Shown: positions 48,075 to 56,817 of the stretch, in pieces
Position numbering within the stretch: position 1 is the stretch's first letter
Layout of the letters: every line of letters starts with the position of its first letter
From: Candidatus Saccharimonadia bacterium
Lineage (GTDB): Bacteria; Patescibacteriota; Saccharimonadia; UBA4664
Assembly (NCBI GenBank): GCA_036488585.1
Contig: DASXHH010000009.1
Coordinates: forward strand, 64,399 to 128,398
Direction of reading: 5' to 3'
DNA length: 64,000 nt
The notes under the pieces: model-generated
Databases searched by the model: none
Told to the model about the DNA's origin: nothing
The model's input: only the letters and a program-made list of their open reading frames with translations
Translations under genes and position numbers: made by a program

Positions 48075-48422
48075 CTAATCTGACAGCACAGCCAAGGCGA
48101 TGGCAGCAGTCGCAATAGCCAGGTCCCGGAAGGTGATGGCAAGCAATTTGAGACCTGTCAGAATGATGCCCAACATTGTGAGCGCCGAGAGGATGCCGGC
48201 ATACCGCAGGTACTTGCCGCTCACTAGCCAGAGGGCAAGTAGTAGCTCGTAGGCGCTGAAGATTTTTAGTAGGATGCCGGCAGGGGCGATATTGGTGGCG
48301 AAGGCCGGCAGATAGCCGACCCAATCCTGCGGCGATGCTAAAGAGCCCGCTGCCGCATACAGGAACACCGCGGCGAGCCCCAGTCTAAGTATTAATTTGG
48401 CGAGTTTTACTTTTGCTGCCAT
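48075..48422 (-). CDS. DoxX family membrane protein
   Basis: LRLGLA-VFLYA, E-LL-LWL--G and FRDL motifs. Confidence 0.8.
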   Translation of the reverse strand: MAAKVKLAKLILRLGLAAVFLYAAAGSLASPQDWVGYLPAFATNIAPAGILLKIFSAYELLLALWLVSGKYLRYAGILSALTMLGIILTGLKLLAITFRDLAIATAAIALAVLSD

Positions 48423-48838
48423 TACTCGATAGTTATTTTGGCCGTGTCACCTGGGTTTAAATGGTTGTGAAAGCCGAAAGTACCCGTCTTGGTGAGAGTA
48501 GCTGTAGCGCTGGCGCCAGGCGCGATAGTCCCGACGTTTAAGTCTGGGTCATCGGTGTGGACCGGGTGAGGGTTGGAATCCACCTGAATCTCTTCGCTCG
48601 TCTGATTTGTGAAGGTGACCGAGCCGCCGGATTTGATAGCGGTCTGTGCGGGGCTAAAGCCGCTAGAAGTATATGTAATCACAGCGGCGGCTTGCTTACT
48701 GCTACTGGCTGGGGTACTAGCCGGCGCGTTTGAACTATCAGCTGCAGACTTGGTCGAGGGCTTCGTAGCCATGAGGGCGACTCCAGCAACTACAACAATG
48801 ACGATTAGGCCAATTACGATGGTGAGGGTACGTTTCAT
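48422..48838 (-). CDS. Cupredoxin-fold surface protein
   Basis: N-terminal TM; GFSP---IK-G--VTFTN, SNPHPVHTD and GTFGFHNHL motifs. Confidence 0.8.
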   Translation of the reverse strand: MKRTLTIVIGLIVIVVVAGVALMATKPSTKSAADSSNAPASTPASSSKQAAAVITYTSSGFSPAQTAIKSGGSVTFTNQTSEEIQVDSNPHPVHTDDPDLNVGTIAPGASATATLTKTGTFGFHNHLNPGDTAKITIE

Positions 48839-48867
48839 AGGTTCTCCGTTAAGCTTATGCTTTGATA

Positions 48868-48893
48868 AACGTATATGAAAGATTTTTGTTACA
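48868..48893 (-). promoter_or_regulatory. ECF sigma promoter TGTAAC-N16-CGTT
   Basis: Minus strand TGTAAC (48893-48888), 16 nt, CGTT (48871-48868) upstream of the cupredoxin gene. Confidence 0.75.
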
Positions 48894-48895
48894 CT

Positions 48896-49450
48896 TTAGT
48901 CTTTATCTTGGTTTAGTTCGGTTAGAACGGAAGATATTTGTTGCTTTTCAACGGGAGTGGCCATGGAGCCGGCCTGAACCAGATTGTCGTGGCAATAGTC
49001 GAGGGCAGCGTAATTCTTGGTTTTAAGGCCCTGCATATCGGTCTTGTAATCGCTCAGGGCGGCCGTGACTAGGTGATCACTTTGCTTGGTTGCAACTAGC
49101 ATTCTCACTTCCTGCGCCCGGTGCATCATTACGACAGCCTTGTAATCAGGTTGGGTCAACATCGCAACCCGCTCGGATGTCCGCTTCACGGGGTATAGCC
49201 AGCTACCCGGTAGGCTGGTTTGGGCGATCGCCACAACCAAGGTGCCGGCAGCCAACCCAGCGGCGGCGGTGCCAAGCATTGGCCAGAAGCCGAACGCGGC
49301 TGGCCAGAGCCGCTTTCGATGCGACTTGGTGTACTGCGGCTCAGCGCCTTTGAGCTGCGAAACTGACATAGCTAGCTGCATCAGTTCGTCGGCCTCGACT
49401 GGGCCGGCTCCCGCCGAAAGAAGTTCCTCTTTTAAGTTAGGCTTATTCAT
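48896..49450 (-). CDS. Anti-sigma factor candidate, DUF5667-like (RsbN-like)
   Basis: Central TM followed by AQTSLPGSWLYPVKRTSE; overlaps the sigma gene end. Confidence 0.75.
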   Translation of the reverse strand: MNKPNLKEELLSAGAGPVEADELMQLAMSVSQLKGAEPQYTKSHRKRLWPAAFGFWPMLGTAAAGLAAGTLVVAIAQTSLPGSWLYPVKRTSERVAMLTQPDYKAVVMMHRAQEVRMLVATKQSDHLVTAALSDYKTDMQGLKTKNYAALDYCHDNLVQAGSMATPVEKQQISSVLTELNQDKD

Positions 49451-49958
49451 TGCGTTCCATTAACTGCTTTAACTGTTTTAGGGCGCGATATTGCAACACC
49501 CGGACGTTGCCCTCAGTGGTGCCCAGAATTTCTGCCACCTCACGAGCGCTAAGTCCTTCGATGAACCTTAGGGTAGTCACTACCTTTAACTTGTCCGGCA
49601 GCCTGGTTAACGCCCGCCCGAGCGCTAGCTGCACCTGCTCGACGTCATAATCGTAGTCTATGCCGGGGCCCTCCAGCTGGTCAGACAGCCCCGGGAGGTC
49701 ATCTAGCAACACGGGTTTTAACTTGCGCCAATGATCGGTCAGGAGGTTGCGGGCAATCCGGTACAACCAGGCTTTGACCGAGCCGCCGGTGAAGCTTTCC
49801 CGCGCCTTCCAAGCTCTTTCAAAGGTACTGGCGGTAAGGTCTTGTGAGAGCGCTTGATCCTTGGTCTGCCAGTAGAGGAAGCGGTAGATGGCTTCCTCGT
49901 ACTGCTCGTAATGATCCTCAAACTGTTCCCTTGAGAGCAATTTGTTCCTCTCTAGCAC
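49443..49958 (-). CDS. ECF RNA polymerase sigma factor
   Basis: DL---TF-RAW and AWLYRIARN (region 2); LRFIEGLS--EVAEILG--EGNVRVLQYRAL (region 4). Confidence 0.92.
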   Translation of the reverse strand: MLERNKLLSREQFEDHYEQYEEAIYRFLYWQTKDQALSQDLTASTFERAWKARESFTGGSVKAWLYRIARNLLTDHWRKLKPVLLDDLPGLSDQLEGPGIDYDYDVEQVQLALGRALTRLPDKLKVVTTLRFIEGLSAREVAEILGTTEGNVRVLQYRALKQLKQLMERNE

Positions 49959-49989
49959 ATGTAACGAATGACTAAAGCATACGTTACAT
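49959..49989. promoter_or_regulatory. Bidirectional ECF promoter (palindrome ATGTAACG-N15-CGTTACAT)
   Basis: Reads TGTAAC-N16-CGTT on both strands. Confidence 0.75.
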
Positions 49990-50015
49990 ATTGTGAAGAG
50001 TAATGGGAAAGCGCT

Positions 50016-50180
50016 ATGGAACCTAAAGACAACAAGCAGGGTTATTCGAAACGACCGCTGTGGCAGTGGTTGCTAATTTACGTGATCGTAGGAGGCGTAT
50101 TATATGGAGCCGCATACTTCATCTTCCACCAATCATCCGCAGGAGCCGGAGGAGGAGCAACTCAGCACTCATCCTACTAG
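50016..50180 (+). CDS. Small membrane protein, 54 aa
   Basis: Not in ORF track: MEPKDNKQGYSKRPLWQWLLIYVIVGGVLYGAAYFIFHQSSAGAGGGATQHSSY; single TM; lies downstream of the plus-strand ECF promoter. Confidence 0.75.
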   Translation: MEPKDNKQGYSKRPLWQWLLIYVIVGGVLYGAAYFIFHQSSAGAGGGATQHSSY

Positions 50181-50462
50181 CATGGGCGGGAGCTTGGCCG
50201 AAAGCTTGAAGGAACATCTTGGTGGACTGGCAAAACGCGACACATCCTCCAAGATGATCGAGGATATGCTGGCCGAACTAGCAGAACCTAAGCCGAGGCA
50301 GCCAAGAGATTGCTGTACGTAACAGCGACGGCACATATGTTCCCGATGTGATTTCCGGAAGTGCTTAAATGAATTTTGCCCAAATCCATGAGCATCAGGT
50401 ACTATTCTGTTATGCTTACCCTTCGTCATAAATGGTCGACCCGGCACAACTCCGTAGCCCGT

Positions 50463-51416
50463 ATGACCAAATTGACCAACCGGGTGCTAATGCTCCAGCC
50501 AAAGGCAGCGGGCTTCGTCGCGCTATTTGTTGCCGCCGGAACTGTGCTCATAGTTGCATATGCCGGATCCGGTTTCTTTGTGGTTCTTTCGCCTCAGCAG
50601 GGTGTAATCCAGGGTAACGCCGGCATCGTCAGTAATGCCTCGGCCGTGGATGGGTCGGCGGTTAAATTTGGTCTCCAGACGCCCGCTCCACCCACGCCGA
50701 CCCCAAGCCCCAATCCCGGCTCTAGCCCCAGTCCTAGCCCTACAGGCGCCTCTGGCTGCAGCGCAAATGGTGTTGTCGCTCCCTGTGTCGGCGGCCCCAC
50801 AACGGGCGCCGCTGGGTGGGGTACGCCCGCCTTTGATGAAGAGTTCAGCGGCAGTGCTCTGAATACCAGCGTCTGGGACGCTCACGACGGCTGGACTAAC
50901 CAGAATAATGTCACTGATCATGCTAGCAACGTGTCGGTTACGGGCGGTGAGGCCATTCTCACTTTGGTCTCATCGGGCTCAGGAGCGGCGATTGAGACGA
51001 AATCTTACGCGCTGCCGGTCGGCGGCTTTGCTGAAGCCCGGGTCGAGTTTCCGGGGAGCGGCACTACTATATATAACTGGCCCGCCTGGTGGATCAGCGG
51101 GCCGAACTGGCCGACCGACGGAGAGAGCGATATTGCCGAGGGCCTCGGCACACTTACCGTAAACTACCATTCGCCGTCCGGCGCCCACAACCAGGGCACC
51201 GTCCCGGGTACCTGGTCAAATGCCTACCATATTTACGGCATATCCCGTGGCCCTAGCTCCTGTAAAGTCTATTGGGACGGAACCCTGGTAAAAACTTATT
51301 CCACGGACGACACTGGCAAGGGCGAAAATCTTATACTTACCGCAGGCTCGGGCAACACCGGCGCCTACGGCACCGCCTCCGAGGTCAAAGTAGACTACGT
51401 ACGTGCGTGGAATTGA
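50463..51416 (+). CDS. Surface GH16 family glycoside hydrolase with Pro/Ser linker
   Basis: FDEEFSG, WPAWW and GESDIAE (ExDxxE) motifs; VDYVRAW; start uncertain. Confidence 0.85.
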   Translation: MTKLTNRVLMLQPKAAGFVALFVAAGTVLIVAYAGSGFFVVLSPQQGVIQGNAGIVSNASAVDGSAVKFGLQTPAPPTPTPSPNPGSSPSPSPTGASGCSANGVVAPCVGGPTTGAAGWGTPAFDEEFSGSALNTSVWDAHDGWTNQNNVTDHASNVSVTGGEAILTLVSSGSGAAIETKSYALPVGGFAEARVEFPGSGTTIYNWPAWWISGPNWPTDGESDIAEGLGTLTVNYHSPSGAHNQGTVPGTWSNAYHIYGISRGPSSCKVYWDGTLVKTYSTDDTGKGENLILTAGSGNTGAYGTASEVKVDYVRAWN

Positions 51417-52497
51417 ACTGGCTGAAGTCATCATCGATGTCGGCGGTGGCCCAGTACATTTCCGGCTTGACTAGGAAAGGAGCGGACAGCGTTCTACGCT
51501 CCTCAATCCCATGGTCGGCTTTGGGACCCTGGATGGTGATCACCAACAAATCTGTGGCTTTTTCGGTTTCAAGCCGGTTCACCAGCCGAGTGAAGGGTTC
51601 GCCGTGACAGACAGAGCTGTGTTCGGCATGGAGCAGGTTAATGCGCGTTCCTCTTGCCGCGAGGTGAAGGAGTGCTGGTTGTATCTGAATATCGCGACTG
51701 GCGGGCGGGTAATCGTGCGCCTGAAGGGCAAGATCTCGCACCACCAAGCGCATTGACGCTAACCGCCAGAGCAGTGGGCGGTACTGATTTAGCCGATAAT
51801 TCAGCATGGCCCAGCGGGTGGGTGGTGTGGTTTTCACCATTATGTAGGGCTTGATAGCCGTAGAGGCTATCTGCTCATTGCGGTAGGCGGTACCACGGGC
51901 GACTCTATTTAAGAGCTGAGTTTTTGACGAGGAGACAGCCGCATAGCTAGGCTCAGCACACCCCACTTGGTCGATCCGTACGACGCCTCTGGTGGCGAGA
52001 GCGCTCGAGACCAGAGGCGCTAAAACGCCTCCCAGCGAATAGCCTGAAACGGTAGCTGTTCGACAAGCCGTAAACGTAGCCTGGATTAAATCAGCAACTC
52101 CTTGTGCTACTACTGCCAGTGCACCAGAGCCTTGCCGAAGGAGCCGGCTGCGTACCGATGCCGGAAATGAATACAGACCGCCGACAACTAGAACGGCGTA
52201 CTTTTGGTCTTGACCCTTGAGGATTAAATCAGCCAACAGGTTTTTGATGCCAGAATCCGGTGAGCTCGCCTTCACACCAAAACCGTCTAGCAGTACGTAG
52301 AGTTTATCCACCTTCCCTAAGTCGCAGTGGCTATAGATTCGGTAGTCAAAGATGACCCTGTTTCCTCGGTAGATTTGGGCCTGGGGTAGCGCTTGAATTA
52401 TTTCTTCGAGTGAGCGCTCGTTCAAGTAATCAACGGCCCGACTCATTACGGGATGAGGGTGATAGTCGTCCCATTTAATTGCGAGTGCGTGAGTCAT
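51385..52497 (-). CDS. Alpha/beta hydrolase-like protein
   Basis: GYSLGG elbow; ADH near C-terminus; TATAAT 9 nt before ATG. Confidence 0.6.
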   Translation of the reverse strand: MTHALAIKWDDYHPHPVMSRAVDYLNERSLEEIIQALPQAQIYRGNRVIFDYRIYSHCDLGKVDKLYVLLDGFGVKASSPDSGIKNLLADLILKGQDQKYAVLVVGGLYSFPASVRSRLLRQGSGALAVVAQGVADLIQATFTACRTATVSGYSLGGVLAPLVSSALATRGVVRIDQVGCAEPSYAAVSSSKTQLLNRVARGTAYRNEQIASTAIKPYIMVKTTPPTRWAMLNYRLNQYRPLLWRLASMRLVVRDLALQAHDYPPASRDIQIQPALLHLAARGTRINLLHAEHSSVCHGEPFTRLVNRLETEKATDLLVITIQGPKADHGIEERRTLSAPFLVKPEMYWATADIDDDFSQFNSTHVRSLL

Positions 52498-52538
52498 GTC
52501 GCAGATATTATACGTAAGTCTCGATCAACGCACACGGC

Positions 52539-53966
52539 TTAAAGCCCGACAGATCGGATGCCGGGGGCCGGCTTGACGGGCTCGCGAATGATGAAGATGG
52601 CAACTACTAGCGCAAGTGCCATGAGTATCGCACCGGTCAAAAATGCGCGCTGGTATCCAAGTACTGACGCTGCTTGTAGGCTGGCTCCATGGGCTGCGGC
52701 CGAGACGGTTGTACTTGATGCTACCTCTGCCAAAATCGCGAGTCCCAGTGCGCCGCCAATCTGCTGGGAGGTGTTAATCAAGCCCGAAGCCAGGCCGGCC
52801 TCATCGTCTGGAATTCCGGTTGTGGCCGCTATCACTATTGCGACAAACAACACCCCGAACCCAAGAGCTAGCAGCGTGAATACAGGGAGTATAGCCGTAA
52901 AGTAGGCGGAGCCGGCATTGATTAAACTCATGAGGTAGACACCTAAGGTTGTGAGCGCCGTGCCCGAAATCAGTAATGGCCTTGAACCAAAGCGCGTCAG
53001 CAACTTTGGCGCTTGGTAGGAGACTACACCAATAATTACCGGAACGGGCAAGAAATATAGGCCGGTTGTTAAAGGAGTACTACGGAGCACATTTTGGATA
53101 AACAGGGAGGCAAAATAGAACATGCCTAATGCGCCGGCGACAGCCGGGAGCATCATGAGGTTAGCCGCCGCGATGTTAGGCGTCTTGAATATGCCAAGAG
53201 GCATAAGCGGGTGTGTAACCCGAGATTCGTTGAAGACGAAGGCTACGAGCAGAATGATGGCTGAAGCAAAGGCCGTGAGTGTTGATACGGCAGTCCAGCC
53301 GGAACCACTGGCCGAAGTGAGGCCAAATACTAAGGCTATGAGCCCTAAGGTTACCAACACCGCGCCAGGAGCGTCGAGATTATGATCCGACGACTCGGCA
53401 ATATGCGGCGGCAGTGTTCGGTCGAGGGCGATGATGGCGAGAATACCGATAGGGACGTTTACGAAGAAGCACCAGCGCCAACCGAGAGTTTGAGTAAGTA
53501 GGCCGCCAAGCAACACGCCGGCGGCCGCACCGCCGGATGCAACGATGCTCCAGATCGACAAGGCCCGGTTACGCTCCGGGCCCTCTTCAAATGTGGCCAG
53601 TAGAATAGATAGAGCCGTCGGTGCCATAAAGGCTCCAGCTAGGCCCTGTAGAGCTCGCATGGCGATCATCATGGGGGCATTAGTCGACAACCCAGTCAGT
53701 AAGGAAAACAGTATAAATCCGGCGATACCGAGTAGCAGAATACGACGACGGCCATAGAGGTCGGCAGTTCGTCCACCTAGCATTAAGAAGCCGCCAAACG
53801 TAAGAATATAGCCAGTGATCACCCACTGCAGGGTAGCGCTGTTAAAGTGCAAAGCGGTTTTGATAGCTGGGAGCGCGACATTGACAATGGCACTGTCGAG
53901 AATGACTAGAAAGAAGCTAAGCGCTAGGAGCCATAGGACTGTGTTTTTGCTGGGGTGGCTTGGCAT
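52539..53966 (-). CDS. DHA2 family MFS efflux transporter (14 TM)
   Basis: D-AIVNVALP, GGRTADLYGRR, GWRWCFFVNVPIG and ASGLINT-QQIGGALG motifs. Confidence 0.93.
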   Translation of the reverse strand: MPSHPSKNTVLWLLALSFFLVILDSAIVNVALPAIKTALHFNSATLQWVITGYILTFGGFLMLGGRTADLYGRRRILLLGIAGFILFSLLTGLSTNAPMMIAMRALQGLAGAFMAPTALSILLATFEEGPERNRALSIWSIVASGGAAAGVLLGGLLTQTLGWRWCFFVNVPIGILAIIALDRTLPPHIAESSDHNLDAPGAVLVTLGLIALVFGLTSASGSGWTAVSTLTAFASAIILLVAFVFNESRVTHPLMPLGIFKTPNIAAANLMMLPAVAGALGMFYFASLFIQNVLRSTPLTTGLYFLPVPVIIGVVSYQAPKLLTRFGSRPLLISGTALTTLGVYLMSLINAGSAYFTAILPVFTLLALGFGVLFVAIVIAATTGIPDDEAGLASGLINTSQQIGGALGLAILAEVASSTTVSAAAHGASLQAASVLGYQRAFLTGAILMALALVVAIFIIREPVKPAPGIRSVGL

Positions 53967-54169
53967 ACCGGTTAATAATATAGGACTTCCACCGGGTTAA
54001 AAAGCGCGTACGGCCCAATTTAAGTAACGAGCAGAGAGCTAATTTATGAATTTTCGAACCTATGCGCTATTTCGAATCTAATGTAGCGGATCGAGAGGTT
54101 TTGGGTTTGTTCAACGCCTATTTGGCGGTACTATAATGACAAACCATAAAAACTTTACGAGGTTTTTCC

Positions 54170-54400
54170 ATGCCAGAGCAGAATGATCGCCATCACCACC
54201 TCCATGCGCTGCACCTACAGGTGCACGCCGCCATGCAAGAGGTCCATGAGCATCTCGAACACCATCAAGAAGAACTTGAAGATGGCCACATAGGTTTGAT
54301 GGAATCGCTGCACGTAGTGCACCACCACTTGAAGCAGGCCCACCTCGAGCTCGAAAGATACTCAGAACAGCACGAGCACGAGCACCACGAAGCACACTAG
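54170..54400 (+). CDS. His-rich helical miniprotein (21 His in 76 aa), probable metal binder
   Basis: Composition; upstream TATAAT at 54132; the overlapping antisense ORF lacks protein-like features. Confidence 0.7.
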   Translation: MPEQNDRHHHLHALHLQVHAAMQEVHEHLEHHQEELEDGHIGLMESLHVVHHHLKQAHLELERYSEQHEHEHHEAH

Positions 54401-54501
54401 ACAAGAATCGGCCTTAAGTACGATCTTATTCGCGTTGCGACGAGTCAGGCCCCGGCGGGTATGCCGAGGCCTTTAGCGAAGTGCGTGACTACAGCAGTCA
54501 C

Positions 54502-55209
54502 TTAAATTAGTACCGGAGCCGACCATTCGGATTCAGTGAAGCGAAGTGGCCGAGCGAACAGGTGCACCATTCGCTGGGTGGGACACCAGAAGATGTTGAG
54601 CGCATGCGACTGGCCGTCTGTGCGATGTGGCGCACTGACGCGGATTCCCGGCAGGTTGCAGTACGGCAGCCGCCGGCCATCTTGAGCCTTGAGCAATTGA
54701 GGATGGAGTGCCAAGGCACTCATGACCTCGGTGCCGGCTAGATTGAGGCTTTCTGCCCGTGCCTGCTTACGGGCCCACTTGAGGGTACGCCTGCGAGTGG
54801 GGTCCCAGCCGTACGTGAGATCGAGGAAGACTGGGGTGATACCTGGCTTGTAGCTGCAGGCTCGGTCGTGCAGGCGTAGCCGGACGCGCGAGTGCTGGAG
54901 GTCGTCGTCGTACCAGCTGGCGGCATATTCACCGGCGTAAACCCGCCACCAGTAGTTAATGGTCTCGGTCAGCGTCCCGAACCATACGTGTAGAACAAGC
55001 AGTCGGCGGACCTGCTGGTCATGATCTACCAGCGGGTCAAGGTTGACCTCGTTAAACTGCTCCTCGGTCAGGCGGCCGCCCCAGTAGAGTGTGTTGAAGC
55101 GGCGTAGTGTGTCGAGTTGGTCGGCGGCATCGAGGCAGGCGCCACGGTAGCGCTCGAAAGAGTCGACAACCGGATTGCCCAGGGCGAGGGCGGTACGCAT
55201 TGTCGTCAT
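54502..55209 (-). CDS. Hypothetical protein, possible C-type-lectin-like C-terminal fold
   Basis: GAAGGGA SD; LAGTEVMSALALHP..DG--LPY...W....V-L-A......W-APV tail. Confidence 0.6.
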   Translation of the reverse strand: MTTMRTALALGNPVVDSFERYRGACLDAADQLDTLRRFNTLYWGGRLTEEQFNEVNLDPLVDHDQQVRRLLVLHVWFGTLTETINYWWRVYAGEYAASWYDDDLQHSRVRLRLHDRACSYKPGITPVFLDLTYGWDPTRRRTLKWARKQARAESLNLAGTEVMSALALHPQLLKAQDGRRLPYCNLPGIRVSAPHRTDGQSHALNIFWCPTQRMVHLFARPLRFTESEWSAPVLI

Positions 55210-55381
55210 AGTCTGGTCCCTTCGGTACGTGAAAGAGCTACGGCCGATCGTTACGCCGCTTATGCCTTTAAGATAGCATGGATAGTAGATTTATCCATTG
55301 CCTTGCCATTACGCCTATGTATATACTTAGCGTGACAACGCCCATATCTGTAGCAGTTTCACATCTCCTATATGAGGAAAG

Positions 55382-56701
55382 ATGAAAGCTATGACTGGAC
55401 GTCAGCATCAAATGCGGTGGACCACACAGGCAATTGCGCGTCTCCTTAGATGTACTACCGACAAGCAAATCAAGAGATACCTACCACACCACTCTGTCAG
55501 CTACCTGAAGCGCCTACGAAGGCGCTTCTTGTGTGAGTACCCCGAGCTGGCACCGCCCAAGGACACAGAGGCCAAGGCAAAAGGTAAGCGGCGCGAGGCC
55601 AAGGACGGCACAGAGGATGTGATCGGTGAGCTAATCGGGCAGATCGTCGAACGCGACCAGAAGAACGCGGCAACGAAGCAAGAGTTGCGTCTGGTTCGGG
55701 CGATGTACCAAGAACTGCTCGCTAGAGGTGCAGGGCAATCTAGCCTGCTCGCGGCGATATGCGACCAGATCGCATCTCGTCCGGCGGTGCCCGTGCCAGC
55801 CGCGTACGATGTCGGCCCAGTGAGTGACGATAATGAGCTAGAACTCGTGCTCATGCTTGGCTGCTGGCACATCGGCGAAATCGTCGACGCGGGCGAGACG
55901 GTCGGTATAGGGCAATACGATCTGGCGATAGCCAGGGCCCGAGCCCTAGATATCGCACAGCAGGCTATACGTTACCGCAAAGAGCGCCTCGGGCAATACC
56001 GGGTGACGAAACTGCATGTGGTGTCGCTAGGCGACATGATGCGCGGCCTGATTAACGGCGTAGATGCCGGAACAGTCCGCATGGTGACACAGCTGACGGA
56101 ACTGGTCGACATCATGACCGAAGTCATGATGATGCTGGCCATGTCGTTCGAACGCATAGAGTTTACGGCCGTCCCCGGCAATCACGGGCTTTCGACCATG
56201 CAAGAAGTGTTCAAGGGCAAAGCCAAGGACAATTACGACACCCTAGCCGCCGAGATGCTCAGGCGCATCTTGGCTCAACAGCCCAACATCCGCTGGCATA
56301 TCCCGGTCAGTCCCTTCGCCGAAGTGCGGGTGGGGCAGGCCACCTTTTTGGCCATGCATGGGGACTCCCTCAAGGCCCTCAAAGGACTCCCGCAGTATGG
56401 AATGCGGGAAGGTTATCTGCGACTTCGCGCCATGGTAGACCAGACGCAGCGCGACGCACGGACGGCGCGCAATCCGGCGGACCCATACCACCTGGTGACG
56501 GCGCACTTCCACGACCCCATGTTTGTCCATGTGGCGGCGGACAATGCCCTCATATCAGTGGGTAGCCTGGTGGGAGGCAACGAACTGGGAATCAACGCGG
56601 TCGGCGACGCCAAACCGCCATCGCAAACACTGATCAGCGTAAGTCCTCAGGGACACATCACTGACTACTGGCCACTCCGGCCTAAGGAGGTGGGCGTATA
56701 G
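55382..56701 (+). CDS. Calcineurin-like metallophosphoesterase with N-terminal Myb/HTH-like domain and coiled coil
   Basis: GCWHIGE, LGDM, PGNHG, MHGD and AHFH motifs; GAGGA SD. Confidence 0.8.
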   Translation: MKAMTGRQHQMRWTTQAIARLLRCTTDKQIKRYLPHHSVSYLKRLRRRFLCEYPELAPPKDTEAKAKGKRREAKDGTEDVIGELIGQIVERDQKNAATKQELRLVRAMYQELLARGAGQSSLLAAICDQIASRPAVPVPAAYDVGPVSDDNELELVLMLGCWHIGEIVDAGETVGIGQYDLAIARARALDIAQQAIRYRKERLGQYRVTKLHVVSLGDMMRGLINGVDAGTVRMVTQLTELVDIMTEVMMMLAMSFERIEFTAVPGNHGLSTMQEVFKGKAKDNYDTLAAEMLRRILAQQPNIRWHIPVSPFAEVRVGQATFLAMHGDSLKALKGLPQYGMREGYLRLRAMVDQTQRDARTARNPADPYHLVTAHFHDPMFVHVAADNALISVGSLVGGNELGINAVGDAKPPSQTLISVSPQGHITDYWPLRPKEVGV

Positions 56702-56709
56702 GCGCCTAT

Positions 56710-56812
56710 ACGGCTCTAGATGAAATTCGTCTAGGGCCGTTCGCCTTTTTGGGTGGAATGTTGGGGTATAAATGCGGGGATGCCCCGGGAACGCGATTGC
56801 ATTCCCGGGGCA
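56710..56812. terminator. Two hairpins between convergent genes
   Basis: ACGGCTCTAGA...TCTAGGGCCGT followed by T-tract; TGCCCCGGGAA...TTCCCGGGGCA. Confidence 0.65.
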
Positions 56813-56817
56813 GGGGT

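Noticed and set aside
50104-50322. ORF-track 72-aa ORF
   Set aside because: Overlaps the better-supported 54-aa membrane ORF (50016-50180) in another frame.
55286-55297. TAGATTTATCCA shared with 5670-5681
   Set aside because: One 12-mer match between AT-rich intergenic regions is plausible by chance.
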